A stretch of DNA of 64,000 nt from Eledone cirrhosa (Eukaryota). A program made the position numbers and the translations under genes. Below the pieces are notes generated by a model. The model ran no database searches, was not told the DNA's origin, and worked only from the letters and a program-made list of their open reading frames with translations. The stretch is from NCBI GenBank assembly GCA_964016885.1, contig OZ024746.1, positions 82,026,001-82,090,000 of the forward strand, read 5' to 3'. This document shows positions 26,210 through 40,477 of the stretch, piece by piece. Position 1 is the first letter of the stretch. Each line of letters opens with the position of its first letter.

Positions 26210-26540
26210 ATCGATAAATGCGTATCTCGGAGATGAGAGAGTCACTCCAGGTAGAGCCGCTACTTCTCCGAATTGAGAGATCACAGCTCAGATATACTAA
26301 GGGCAGGTGGCTAGAATGTCTCAGGAAAGAATCGCTGGACAAATTTTACGGCCAAAAACCAACCATCTTGCCCAGGGGTAGACCCTGGGCAAGATGGTTG
26401 GATAAGATCCATGAGCTTGGCTGGTCACGCTTGGGGACTCAGCCGGATCAGTTGGAGACGGTTGCTTCTGAGAGGACCCGCTGGAAGGAGTGTTTGAGAC
26501 TCTGCCGCCACGATCCTCTCAGGATAAGTGGGCGAAGTGG
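26210..26540 (+). mobile_element. RTE 3' fragment
   Basis: ORF 26218-26559: ESLQVEPLLLRIERSQLRY...GRPWARWLDKIHELGWSRLG. Confidence 0.8.
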
Positions 26541-26544
26541 AAGG

Positions 26545-27200
26545 GATTATTATTTTTAATCCTGCACTGACCCTTTTTATTTTAAATCCGCACTGATCAT
26601 TAGTGTTTTTAACACGGGAATTAAATTTACTATTTTTAATCCGAAACTGATCATTTGTTTTCAATCCACCTCTGAAACTTATTAATTTTAATCCGGCAGT
26701 GACACTTATTATTTTTAATTCGGCTCTTATCCTTATTAATTTTAATCCGTCACTAATCCCTACTGTTTTTAAACCGGCACTGACCCCTATTATTTTTAAT
26801 CCGTCACTGATCCTTATCATTTTTAATCCGTCACTGATCCTTATTATTTTTAATCCGGCACCTATCCTTATAAATTTTAAAACGGCGCTGACCCTTATTA
26901 TTTTTAATGCGGTGGATTGGCAGTATCGGTAGATGGTCGGACGCCATGCTTTGACGCAAAGCGTTACGGTCCTTTCCATTCTGAGTTCAAATCCCGCCGA
27001 GGTTTACTTTGCCTTTCATCCTTATGGGGTCGATAAAATAAAGTACCAGTAATGCACTGGGTAATTGCTGGCCTTGTGCCAAAAGTAGAAACAATTATTT
27101 TTAATCCGGCACTTACCCTTATTATTTTTAATCCGGCACTTATTCATTTGTGTTTTTAATCTGGCACCGACCTTCATTATTTTTAATCCGGCACTAATTT
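26545..27200. repeat. ~27-bp minisatellite interrupted by a SINE
   Basis: Repeated ttattatttttaatccggcactgaccc. Confidence 0.85.
26909..27095 (+). mobile_element. tRNA-derived SINE (main family)
   Basis: Full head, core and tail; attatttttaat on both sides. Confidence 0.85.
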
Positions 27201-27574
27201 TGGGTTAATATTACCTATAGGAAGTAATTTATTTAATTTCAATAAGTGTCAGTACTATATTAATTGATAAGAGTTTAACACCTGTAAGCGGTCATGCGAC
27301 GGTAGTTATTCGATGGTTTTTCTAAAAAGGATGAGTGTTATGAGTTTACGAGTGATTTATATCCCGAACCGGGACAAAATATGATCAATGATGAATAGTA
27401 CAAGATATAGGGAATCTTTGTTAAATAGAATACTTTTAAGTTCAATCGATGAAATAAGCAATACATCGATATGACTAAGAAACTTTTGAAGGCTGGAAGG
27501 AAAGTCTCGGTTGTATTGTAGGATTTGGGGGTTGGATTGGGTTTGATAAATCGGTATTGAATGTTATGTCCTAC

Positions 27575-28598
27575 TAGCTTCAAAGTGCCATATTTCCCAC
27601 ACTATCTCCCCATTACCAAAGGGGTCATCTTTGCTCCATATTTCCATACTGAAGCTCTCCAGCCTAGTGTGCCACCCTAGTTCTGCAGTGCCATAGTGCG
27701 GCACCCTAACTCCGAAGTGCCGTATTTTACCCCCCTATCTCCCCATTGCCATAATGTGATATCCTAACCACCCAGTTCTATAGTGTGCCACCCTAGCTCC
27801 GCAGTGCCATAGTGGGGCACCCTAGCTCTGAAGTGCTGTATTTTACATTTCCATACTGCGACATCCTATTTCCATACTGTGTCACTCAAACTTCCCAGTG
27901 CCATAGTGTACCACTCTAGCTCCGCAGTGCCATAGTGCGGCACCCTAGCTTCAAAGTGCCATATTTTTCACACTATCTTCCCATTGCCATAGGAGGTCAC
28001 CCTAGCTCCATATTTCCATACTGTGTCACTGAAGCACCCAAGTGTGTCACCTTAGCTCCGTAGTGTCATAGTGCGACACCCTAGCTCTGAAGTGCTGTAT
28101 TTACCACCCTATCTCCCCATTGCCATACTGCGACATCCTAACCACCCAGTTCCATAGTGTGCCACCCTATCTCCGCAGTGCCATTGTGCGACACCCTAAC
28201 TTCGAGGTGCCATATTTCACCACCCTATCTCCCCATGGCCATATTTTACCATCCTATCTTGCCAGTGCCCTACTGTCCCACCCTAGCACCCTAGTTCCAT
28301 AGTGTGCCACCCTAGCTTTGCAGTGCCATAATGCGGCACCTTAGCTTCAAATGCCTTATTTTACCACCCTATCTCCCCATTGCAATACTGCGCCACCCTA
28401 GCTCCATATGTCCAAACTGAGTCACTCAAGTTTCCAAGTGCCATAGTTTGACACCCTAACTCCACAGTGCCATACTGTGTCACCATAGCTCCACAGCGCC
28501 TTAGTGCGGCACCTTATTTACGAAGTGCCGTATTTTACCACCCTATCTCCCCATTGCCATATTTTACCATCCTATGTTCCCAGTGCCATACTGTCCCT
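27575..28598. repeat. Complex minisatellite of ~29-bp related units
   Basis: Recurring gtgccatagtg(t/c)g(c/g)caccctagctc and atttcaccaccctatctccccattgccat. Confidence 0.85.
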
Positions 28599-28744
28599 TA
28601 ACAGAATCTTAAGACGATTATGATGATGGTGATGATGATGATGATGATAATTATGATGATGTTGTGGATGACGACGATGATGATGATGAGTATAGTTTTT
28701 TTTTACACCATCCCCCTTCCTCCCATTTACACACTCATACATTC

Positions 28745-28830
<86 letters not shown>

Positions 28831-28867
28831 ACACACACACACTCACACACACACACACACACACACT

Positions 28868-28925
<58 letters not shown>

Positions 28926-29091
28926 CACGCACACAGAGCTTTGTGCAAAAGTTGAAACGCTGATTTTATTTTTTTTTCGCCGTAGAATGTTCACCATCCC
29001 CCTTCTTTCGTTTTAACTCATTCATCTGACGAGTGTACTGTACTGACACAGACGACCACGTCGACTTTTATTTATATAAATATTCTCACTA

Positions 29092-29283
29092 GTAATTGTT
29101 TCTACTATTGGCACAAGGCCAGCAAATACCCAGTACATTACTGGTACTTTATTTTATCGACCCCGTAAGGATGAAAGGCAAAGTTAACCTCGGCGGGATT
29201 TGAACTCAGAATGGCAAGGGCCGTAACTCTATGCGTCAAAGCATGGTGTCCGACCCTCTACCGATACTGCCAATTCACCGCCC
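29092..29283 (-). mobile_element. tRNA-derived SINE (main family)
   Basis: Reverse complement of the consensus, full length. Confidence 0.85.
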
Positions 29284-30946
29284 TGTATTCATTCCCACTA
29301 GTAATACCATGAAAAAATGTTCCACACATAAAAAGTTCTCTGCTGAATAAACAAATGAGCAGGGATCCTGTTTTGCTCATGGCAAATTTTATGTAGGGTA
29401 CTCAAGGCCATGAAATCTCCTAAATCTCTTCCTTTATAGCCCTACTGGTAAAACCGGAAACATTATTCATCCAGAGGAGCTTTCATGACAGCGTTCGAAC
29501 TCCTAAAGCTCAGTTGGTTACAAATCGAATGTCATAAAACTGAGATTCATTACAGTTATTAATGTCACTTATTTTATTGTTTCAAGTATTGCTCTTAGCC
29601 TGTTCCAATATTTGAGTTGGTGAATTACTTTTGGGTATTTTGTTATGACAATAATTTTATTTTCATTAATGGTTTAACCACCAAATCTAATTTGAAATAT
29701 CCTTTTTCAAAAATGAAACGTTTCATTTTAAAAAATAGACCTCGGTCGGTTTCAACGACGAATGTTCCACTTTTGGGATCAATGGAACGGCTGCTCGTAA
29801 AATTAAAGTGCCAGGAAGTGCACCTTTAATGTAATTCTCTGGGAGATTCAGTATGACACAGTGTGACAAGGTTAGCCTTTTGAATTACAAGAACAATCCA
29901 TGCCATGGCTTTCCATGTGGTCTCTGTTTACCCAGTTTCACTCACAGGGCATTGGTCGAACGAGACTATGTTAAATGACACTTGTCCAAGTGCGATTAAA
30001 CCCGGGAACTAATGACTGCAAAATTAACTCCCTATATTCATTTACAGTTTTAAATTTAAACTGTTTTATACTCACTTCACATAGCCCCGAACATTAATAT
30101 ACTAACATTGAGTAGCTATTGCCATTCCAATTGCTTCACACACTGGAATACTGTCTATAACTCTCTACTACGTATCAATTCGCTATATAATATCTACAAG
30201 GTTGAATTATGAAATATACTATCTATATTGAGTGCGTATATGTAGCCCAATGCAAAAGACACAGGGATGCGGTAAACGTTTCTGAAAAAAAAATGTTCTC
30301 ACATGGACACTAATATTTAAAGAGAAACTCAATACTGTTTTATTACCCGAATATGCTTTCATTAAGAACAATAATTCCGGTGTACATATAAATTCTTCTC
30401 GGTCCTGTTATTCCGGGAGGGTTGTGGAGACAATCCTCAGACGCACCATTCAGAGGGTCCTATCAAAAGTAACCTCCAATTAATCCGGCTAGATACCCAA
30501 ACGAGACGAACCAAGCTCATGGATGTTATTCAACTATCTTGATCCTGGTCTACTATGTCCAGTGGTTTTAACCACATGTCCGTTTTTGTAATATTGACCT
30601 AGCTGCACCCTCTCTGTAAAATGAATATATTTGCACACATACCTATAAAAATATGGAAAACATTTTAGGTATGTTTTCTGCATAAAAAAAACATTTATGT
30701 GTGAGGTAACATATTTAACGCAATTAAAGAAAACCATCATTGAAGTTAACGATGTTTCACTTCAGTGATTAGACATTATTTGGGATTCACTGTATATACT
30801 GTTAGAGAAGAGATAAATCAAGATTACTTAAATGAAATTATCTGGCATGGTTAAATATATATATATATATATATATATAGAAGACGTAAAATAAGAAAAT
30901 CCTATAAAAAGTTGTTTTTTTTAAATGTTAACTTACTTAAATTTTC

Positions 30947-31028
30947 ACTCCAACTAATTAGTTTCTGCAATGGGATAAAGACAGTTACGTAATCTAACTG
31001 TCGAGAATTCATTGCGTCATCAGGGAGT
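30947..31028 (-). ncRNA. Type I hammerhead ribozyme (inverted copy)
   Basis: Reverse complement of 31572-31653. Confidence 0.7.
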
Positions 31029-31571
31029 CTATTCTCAGCTAAGTCTCCAGGCAATGCGCGGACACTGGGGGCTCATATAAAAATAATAATAATTCGGTAG
31101 ATGGAACAGCTAGCGGGGACTGAATTCCATGCACTGAAATCCTCACTGCCTCTAGTCAAATGGCCGATTCTAAAGAATCAATCACATGACACAGAGGCTA
31201 GTCAGTAGGAATGGGATGGTAACCTGTGTATTTGCTGGCATTAGCGTACATCTGTGCGCTTATGTTAGTTGATATATTAAATTATCTATATTTATCTCCA
31301 AATCACTGATTTGTCGAGCAAACCTGCCAAAACCACTTCTAAATTTTTTTTGGGGGTGTTGGTAGGCGTCTGTCATCTTACCATCCCATTCCTACTGACT
31401 AGCCTCTGTGTCACGTGATTGATTCTTTAGAATCGGCCATTTGACTAGAGGCAGTGAGGATTTCAGTGCATGGAATTCAGTCCCCGCTAGCTGTTCCATC
31501 TACCGAATTATTATTATTTTTATATGAGCCCCCAGTGTCCGCGCATTGCCTGGAGACTTAGCTGAGAATAG

Positions 31572-31653
31572 ACTCCCTGATGACGCAATGAATTCTCGAC
31601 AGTTAGATTACGTAACTGTCTTTATCCCATTGCAGAAACTAATTAGTTGGAGT
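31572..31653 (+). ncRNA. Type I hammerhead ribozyme with an extended stem II
   Basis: ACTCC, CTGATGA (31577), cGCAATG...GACAGTTA/TAACTGTC...CATTGCa, GAAA (31635), CTAATTAG, TT^, GGAGT. Confidence 0.75.
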
Positions 31654-31840
31654 GAAAATTTAAGTAAGTTAACATTTTTTTTTAAAAACTTTTTTTAAAG
31701 GATTTTCTTATTTTACGTCTTCTATATTATTGTTCTGCATCCTCCTGCATTGAACCACCTAGGTACTATGACATAACCTGTGTATTTGCTGGCATTAGCG
31801 TACATTTGTGCGCTTATGTTAGTTGATATATTAAATTATC

Positions 31841-31929
<89 letters not shown>

Positions 31930-31931
31930 AT

Positions 31932-31966
<35 letters not shown>

Positions 31967-32587
31967 AAGAGAGGGAGAGAGAAAGAGAGAAAGAAAGAAA
32001 GAAAGAAGACAAACAATTGTCATGTGTCGATAAACCTATGAATTGTAAAATCTCAGTTTTATATTTCCAAAGTTCATAACGTAAGGTGAGAATATTCTAC
32101 GATGGAATGGATTACAGAAAGTTGTCATGGCGAAACACTTCAAATTCTTAACTGAATATCTTATACCAAGTCCCTAGATTAAACTGATCACCAATTGACT
32201 AATAAATCTAAAACTGAATGTTGTCATGGTGTAATGTCAGTGAAGCTATATCAGAGTAAATAGAGACGTAAATGTAACCAATTGCTAACTCCCTAAAATG
32301 TAAGATGAGGTGAGTTGGCCGAATTGGATGATCGTCCGTATTTGTTCCGGCCTTTTGCGTTCTGAGTTCATATCTTAAGGTCAGTTTCATCTGTCATCAC
32401 TCCGGGGTCGATAAAATAAAGTACTAGTCAAATACTTGGATCAATAAAATCGATGTTCACCTGTCATCAAATTGCTGGCCTTGTGCCTAAATTAGAAACT
32501 ATTATTTGAAAAGTGTGGCGGTGTCTCCGCGGCCAATAAAAGAAATCAATATGATATATCTAAATTACTATAATCATGATTCTTTAT

Positions 32588-32776
32588 AATTTTTTCTACT
32601 TTTGGCACAAGGCCAGTAATTATCCCAGTGCATTACTGGTACTTCATTTTATCTAATCCGTAAGGATGAAAGGCAAAGTTAACCTCGGCGGGATTTGGAC
32701 TCAGACCGTAAAGGGATATAACTCTATGCTGGAAAGCATGGCGTCCGACCCTCCACTGATACTGGCATTCCACCGC
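32588..32776 (-). mobile_element. tRNA-derived SINE (main family)
   Basis: Full length; an older + strand copy lies at ~32310-32505. Confidence 0.85.
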
Positions 32777-32829
32777 ATTTGATTCTTTATAATTAAACCT
32801 TAATAAACACATATGTGCGCATGAAATTA

Positions 32830-32920
<91 letters not shown>

Positions 32921-33506
32921 GCGCGCGCCCATACATACATCCACACTGAACAAGTAGATTTCTGCCGTTCGAAGTCTTTTCAATAATGAAAAGCCGGAAA
33001 GAATGTTTTATTATCTAAGCTTTTCATTATTTCATTTTTTTTTTTTAAATACGAATGAAAGTTTTTCGAAATAGTTTCCCAATAAGGTTTTGATTTCGTT
33101 ATGCTTTGAAAGATTTGATCTAATGAGAAGGAATTTCAAAATACTTTAATTGGCTTCGAGCGTGTGTTTAATGCAACGAACAAAAAAATGGTGAATGGAA
33201 AGTGAGATGTAGATATCCGTATATGCCAGTAGGCCATGGTAGATCTCTGATATAACAGCTTCAATCATTGCATTAAATTAAACCAATTATCAATGAAATC
33301 ACGCAGAAATGTACATGTGAATTAATAAGATTTTTCTGAGAGAGAATAGCCAAGTACAGTGCGGTCTGTGTCAATGAGAAAAAGAAGCAAGCTATCTGTC
33401 ATTAATTGCTTCTAATAATGTTTCAAATTATTATTCCGAAGTAATGTAATTATTTTCCAGTTACTTTCGAGATGACAAAACTACAATTACACGTTATTAT
33501 TCACAC

Positions 33507-33697
33507 TGGCGGTGGATTGGCAGTATCGGTAGAGGGTTGGACGCCATGCTTTCCAGCATAGTTACGTCCCTTTACAATCTGAGTTCAAATCCCGCCGAGG
33601 TTGACTTTGCCTTTCATCCTTACGGAGTCGATAAAATAAAGTACCAGTAATGCACTGGGTAATTGCTGGCCTTGTGCCAAAAAGTAGAAACAATTAT
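33507..33697 (+). mobile_element. tRNA-derived SINE (main family)
   Basis: Near-consensus copy; an older - strand copy lies at ~34255-34467. Confidence 0.85.
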
Positions 33698-35000
33698 TCT
33701 ACTTATGTGTTAATTATTCTACTTTATTTGTTAAATATTTCTTCTTCACCACGGAGCATAGAAAAGGGAAATTAATGAACCGAAAAAATAATTGAGTTGT
33801 GTAAGATGTTTTGGGTATGGAGGTGAATTAGTAAACGTAATTACTTTTGTAAGCAGCAAAGGTGAATAACACATTTATCTGTTTAATCGTAGAAGCTAAT
33901 TGTAGAGATTAAATATGTTGAACTCATTGTAGTCATGTCAGAACCCTCAGGTGGAGGGTGGAGTTGGATTTTATAAGGACCTGAGGAACTGAAAAAGCTT
34001 GCAAGAATAAACTGGAGTTTTAAAAACGGTATTCTAACCTGAGAAGCAAATGGTAATAGCTATTCGATGTTAATATATTCATGTGTTGAGCTATGTTAGC
34101 AGATATTTGTTTGTTTTTCATAGTCACGTGTAATTAATATTTGCAAATTATTTTAAAGTCCTTGTTAACTAACTATTAGGCTTCTATAATCAGAGTAACA
34201 AATATTAACTTCGAATGGCATCTAATTAGGCGGTATAAATTGAAATATTTGATAATTATTTCTGAGTTAGGCACAAGGTCAGCATTTTGGGGGGAGGAAA
34301 AATTCAATTAAATCGATCCTAGTATGTTACTTGTGCTTTATCTTATCGACCCCATAAGGATGAAAGGCAAAGTTAACCTCGACAGGATTTGAACTCAGAT
34401 CTTAAAAGGCCGTAACTCTATGCCATAAAATATGTTGTCCGACGCTCCACCGATACTGTCAATCCAAATAATAAAAATACAGTGAATGCGGCAAAGCGCA
34501 AATATGCTAATATTTCAAATCATATCAAAATGAAATATGACAAAACATAGCGATCGAGCTCCTCCTTAAGCTGTTATACATAAGCGCTATAGACATCTAC
34601 ACATAGACAACAGATGCCAGACATACACTTCTTCCATAAATACCTTGAAAATAACTCCAATTGGGAAATGATGACAACCAAATCTTCAACAAAATAAATA
34701 CACAATTGCGACATAGCTTGGGTTGCGCTGCACACTTCCTACGCTAAGACGACACAAAATTAAAACCTTCAACGTTGTTACAAATTCTAGACTTGACAAT
34801 CTCTGATCTCCCACTGCAATATCCACATGTACAACATAGCTACAACTATATCACAAAGACTTTTCCGATTCAGAAAGTATTTCATTCCTAACCAGTTGCT
34901 GACCCTTTACAAAGCCCCAACAACAGAAAATAGGACTACTCTTTCCTACACATACAAGTAACTTAGACCAAATTTTGAGAAAATGTCGATATAGTAGGAG

Positions 35001-35360
35001 AATAGTTTTAACGATTCGGACGTTAGTCCTTCATCAAAAGATAGAATGAGAAATAAAAGAAGAAATAGAAAGATGGATGAGCGTGAGAAGAGGATGAAAC
35101 GGAAACAAAAAGTGAGAGTGTTATAGTTTGCTTGGAGCATTGTGGAATATGAAAATTGGTTGTGTTTAGGAACCCATAACAATGCAGATAGAGTTATAAA
35201 TATCAAGGCAACAAAGTCGGGTGAAGAAACTGAGAAGTTGGGTTGAAAAAGAACCGGAGATAACGTTACCTAGAAAATATTTAATAGTCCCTATATTTTG
35301 GATGCACCATCCATTATCAAGGTGGTAGAAGGGAACCTCGGAGAATGTCGGAAAGGACAT
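35001..35360 (-). mobile_element. Degenerate Penelope-like 3' end (possible GIY-YIG C-terminus plus mutated HHR)
   Basis: ORF 35166-35360 (IKYFLGNVISGSFSTQL) resembles PLE C-termini; it is followed by TTGATGA-A-GGAC taac GTCC-GAAT-CGT, homologous to the intact HHR at 57974. Confidence 0.45.
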
Positions 35361-36190
35361 TTCTATGTCTGATTTACTCTACCTCTCAAGAATAGGCTTC
35401 CACTGTTTCAATCTACAATATTTCACTCAGAAGACTTTGATTGGCCCGAAACTATGGTAGAAAACACAAGACCAAGGTGCTTTGCAGTGGGATCGAATCC
35501 GAAAGTTTGCAATTTTGAAGTGAACCACTTAATTCTACAGACATACACTAATTATATTTTTAGAGTGCTTTAGCTCTCTTGTACTGCATTTGCGTTTGTA
35601 AAATTAAAATTAAAATAAATAGTTTGCTTTTGAATCTCTAGAACCATGCAAGTTATTATTTGAAAGGTGGGCTTGGTATTCCGTGATAGAAACGATAATA
35701 TTCTGAAGCGAAATCACTATAATCATCATCTGGTATAATTACGCCAGCTTAAATGTGTATTAGAATAGACACATATACGCACAAGAAAAACACAGATAAA
35801 TGCTCACACACGTATACACACACAAACACATACTCGCACTGAACAAGTATAGAAGTCTATTCTTCAAGATCTTCCCAATAATTAAAATTTAAATAGGAAA
35901 TAGTTTTTAACAATTGGGTTTTCCATTTGGTTCATTTTCTTTAATGCGAATGAATGATTTTTCATTCGCTTACCTGATGATAAAGAATTTTTGAAATCTA
36001 TTGTTCTCAGATGTTATTTCAATGCACATCGGGATAAATTTATATTACAAAGGTAAAACAAGTCTATAGTTCCTTGAAGAATAGTGAATTAAAGTCATTG
36101 GAAATTTGTTTTGTTCTTAATAGTTCGGATGCCAGTTACTGCGTCCCTAAGGCCTGAAAATTAATATCTTTATACTATATATATGTATAT

Positions 36191-36265
<75 letters not shown>

Positions 36266-36509
36266 AATATATACATATGCGTATATAAATGTGTGTACGT
36301 GTCCGTAAGTGGGGGTGTGTATATACACACACACAGACACACACAAACACAAACACACAAGACTACGACTAGAAGTGCGGCCAAAGACTAATTACAAAAA
36401 TTACCATTCCTATTCTCCTGTTGCACTAAACATAGAATTTTATGACAACAATTGTCACTGACAATTACCGTCAGGTTGTTGTTTTTTTCTTTCTCCATAC
36501 ATAAGGACA

Positions 36510-36740
36510 TTGTTTGCTGTTGTACCCCTGGCAGTGGAGACTTCTGGTGTCCTTGGCCCTAGGGCTACCTCCCTATTCACCACCATAGGCGCTGAGCTGG
36601 CCAGCTGCAGGTGTGAGCCCCGCGAGTTGGAGTGGCTTTTCCAGCGCGTCTCCCTTGCTGTCCTCCGGGGAAACGCCTTCTCCATTCTGACCGCCGGGGC
36701 TGTGGTGGAGCGCCATCGCGTATCATTCCATATTTAGTTG
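36510..36740 (+). mobile_element. 3' fragment of the CRE-like element
   Basis: FAVVPLAVETSGVLGP...LEWLFQRVSLAVLRGNAFSIL, matching ~1850-2030; another related piece at ~1490-1615. Confidence 0.8.
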
Positions 36741-37786
36741 TGGTCGGTGGGTGTGTTTGTATATATTGCTTTTGTTTTCATTCAGCATCATGTCATTCTT
36801 CATTGCTTTTCTCTACTAATGAATTATATTTGGAAAAAACTAAATAAAAAACAATTATTATGGCACATAAAAAAAAAAATCAAATAATTGAAAATCTCTT
36901 TAGTGGACCATTTAATACACTACACTGCAACCCTGTATATAAATTTAGTTCACTCGAGGTATTTTTCCTTATTTTCTTTCTTAATAATGTCAAATACTGT
37001 TTTTCTATATGTAAAAATCTTTGTCGATTGCTCAGAGCAGATTTCATTAGACTAGGCCAGAAGTTCTATTACATTATTATATTATTTATTATATATAAAT
37101 TAACGATTTTGTTTATTATATATTATTTACAACTTGCGTGTAGGCAGGTCTCTTTGGAAATATAGTTGGGGGGAGCCTTCAAAGCAGTAGCTAGATATTT
37201 CCCTAAATCCCATAGATACAGCAGAATATCCAATAGTCATACTATAAAACTTCCTACTCGACAACAAAGAAACAAGCACAAAACAACCAAAATAAATCAT
37301 AAAAGATTAGAAAAGAAACACAGTTTAAGTGAAAGCATACATAGCACAAATAACAAAACAGATACACCCGCAAATAACCTTTCAACTAATGGGGCCCTTA
37401 ACAATAGACGTGATAGTATACACCTAGACTGAGTTAAAAACCGCACTACTAACACCACCCATGAAAGTAACAGAAAGTGCAATTTTAGAAACCCAGTACT
37501 GCCCACTGCAGAATAGATGCTTACACCAAAACATGTACCAAACCCTAATTTCTAACTTTTCATGTATTTCGTTATATATGTCTAAAATCACTGTCTAATG
37601 TCTTTGAAATTTACATAATAAATGTTATGTAATACCATAAACTGAAGTATAAAATGTATAACTATTTACATTTTTAATTAAGTACTACTCCGTCGGATAT
37701 CATACCCAAAACGTGGAATGCTTAACACTGATTACACCATATTTCGTTGATTACGAATATCAACTAACACATACACACACAGACAC

Positions 37787-37858
<72 letters not shown>

Positions 37859-37869
37859 TGTATATATAT

Positions 37870-38266
37870 ATAAACAATAATTTATTTGGTTTGTTGATTA
37901 TTCAACAAAGTTAATTTTACAACAGATTAGAAGCACTCAACGAATTTTTTCTGGAGTATCGTTAATATCAATAATATTAATAAATGGAACATATCTTTAT
38001 AAAACCATATTTATTTTGTTATACGTATTTCAAGGGTACTAATATTTTAGTACTCTTTCGTCAGATAAAATATAATAATTGGTGTAAAGATAGTGACATA
38101 TCTTCATGTGAACTTCATGTTATAAGTTCAGTGAGAACTTATAACATGAAGTTCACATGAAGATATGTCACTCTCTTTACAAACGTACTTAAATATTAGT
38201 ACCCTTGAAATACGTATTATAAAATAAATATGGTTTTATAAAGATATTTTCCATTTATTAATATTA

Positions 38267-38270
<4 letters not shown>
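37870..38270 (-). mobile_element. Family A fold-back element
   Basis: Inverted arms centred ~38132; the + strand arm has lost the CTGA core; agcactcaac tail; flanked by (TA)n. Confidence 0.8.
38012..38072 (-). ncRNA. Type I hammerhead ribozyme
   Basis: TATTTTAT, CTGACGA, AAGAGTACTAA aata TTAGTACCCTT, GAAA, TACGTA, TA^, ACAAAATA. Confidence 0.85.
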
Positions 38271-38301
<31 letters not shown>

Positions 38302-38517
38302 TTAGAACCACCAGCGTGAGAAGAATATAAGCTACTAGAGGTATTGGTAAAACATTAAAATTAAAAGTATAAATTGAAATGAAAAATCATCCTCACCTAA
38401 ATCACACATGTACACACTCACCAGGAGCATGTTTCGCCATTTTAGTGGGTTCCAATACGGCCCGATGGAAATTCCTGTAATGAAAAACACACTCTCCTGT
38501 GTCTTTCCCCTCTATAT

Positions 38518-39021
<504 letters not shown>

Positions 39022-39172
39022 ATACTTTGGGAGGGTCATGTTGCCAATAAGAAACACACGCACCAGTTGCTTTCACTTCAATTTAATTTATTATATATTT
39101 ATAAATTTACAAATTTATAAATTTCTGGTTGGTTGGTTGGTTCCACAACCAGATAGTTGTTTATATATATAT

Positions 39173-39217
39173 AGTCATAGTTCTTTCGTCACACACTCTG
39201 TGACCTCTTCAGTGACT
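39173..39217 (-). ncRNA. Minimal type I hammerhead in a family C element (~39017-39280)
   Basis: AGTCA, CTGAAGA, g, GTCACA gagtg TGTGAC, GAAA, GAAC, TA^, TGACT; ~155 nt upstream of the family C terminus tgaccctcccaaagtataacaa(TA)n. Confidence 0.8.
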
Positions 39218-39296
39218 GGGGATTTCTTTCTTCGTTTCTGTGCCTTTCCTTTCTTCTATCCTACGCCATTTTGTTTGTATATACATATATATACAT

Positions 39297-39330
<34 letters not shown>

Positions 39331-39334
39331 ATAC

Positions 39335-39500
<166 letters not shown>

Positions 39501-40251
39501 CACATCACATACATGGTGATCTTCCTTTTCCTTTCTCTACTTATTTCTTCTCATCATGTTCAGAAAACGAATACAATCCAAAACATCAACAACACCTTTC
39601 ATTTCACCTGAGCTCCAAGCTAATAAGTTTTATTTTAGATCATATCTCGTCTTGTTTTCTCTTTTTTTTTTTGTTTTACTGTATAAATATGTATAACGCA
39701 TAATCTCATAAAACGTGAGAAAATTGCATCACACCAAACCACAAATTGGCACTAATAATATACCATGAAACCAACATCTACAAATAAGTAAACCTGAGAA
39801 TAAGTTGCAAATAAATTATGTGATTTATAAATTCGGTTGTAGAAATGATAGAGGGAAACTTAATGATTTCAAATAGTTACGTTAGCCATACAAATACAAT
39901 ACATTTTCCATAAGGATCAATTGCAGCACACTACAACAGAGAACACAAAATAAATAGGCAAACACTAACATGCAATACAGAATTACGCGCATTATACAGA
40001 ATATCATATAAAAATAAAAATGCAAGTTTAATAACGTAATGTAATTCTAGGATCAATACTCAAAACAATACTATGCTAACCACACAAACACCTTGTATAC
40101 ACACACGTCATAAATAAGGGACTGGTGACGTACACGTCTCACGATCAAACATCAAGTTTTAATTTCCGGTGATACGACAAAAATAGATACTGGCAATGAT
40201 AGATGTATGTATATAGATACCTATGTAGATAAATAACTACACACAGATACG

Positions 40252-40335
<84 letters not shown>

Positions 40336-40477
40336 AGTTAGTATGTATGTATGTAAGTTTTTATGTATGTGTGTATGTATGTTTGCATGCATGTATGTAT
40401 GTTTGCATGCATGCATGTATGTATGCATGCATGTATGTATGTATGTATGTATGTGTGTATGTATGTATGTATGTATG

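Larger units (their letters stand above)
30875..31845 (+). mobile_element. 554-bp hammerhead unit with a terminal direct repeat and an inverted 5' copy
   Basis: Direct repeat 31220-31291 / 31774-31845; inverted arms 30875-31222 / 31378-31727; bounded by TA runs. Confidence 0.85.

Noticed and set aside
26545-28598. Regular ~27-29-bp repeats suggesting a CRISPR array
   Set aside because: No unique spacers, no cas genes, eukaryotic context
29027-29065. CTGACGA-GTGT...ACAC
   Set aside because: GAAA box and stem I missing
30534-30615. Possible terminal exon on the minus strand (ttttacag|...YYKNGHVVKTTGHSRPGSR*)
   Set aside because: No recognisable homology or partner exons; needs RNA-seq
34640-34930. 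LFRFRKYF...LLTLYKA, reminiscent of a CR1/L2-type RT C-terminus
   Set aside because: Too degenerate to delimit or classify
35974-36012. CTGATGA...GAAA
   Set aside because: Stems I and III do not pair
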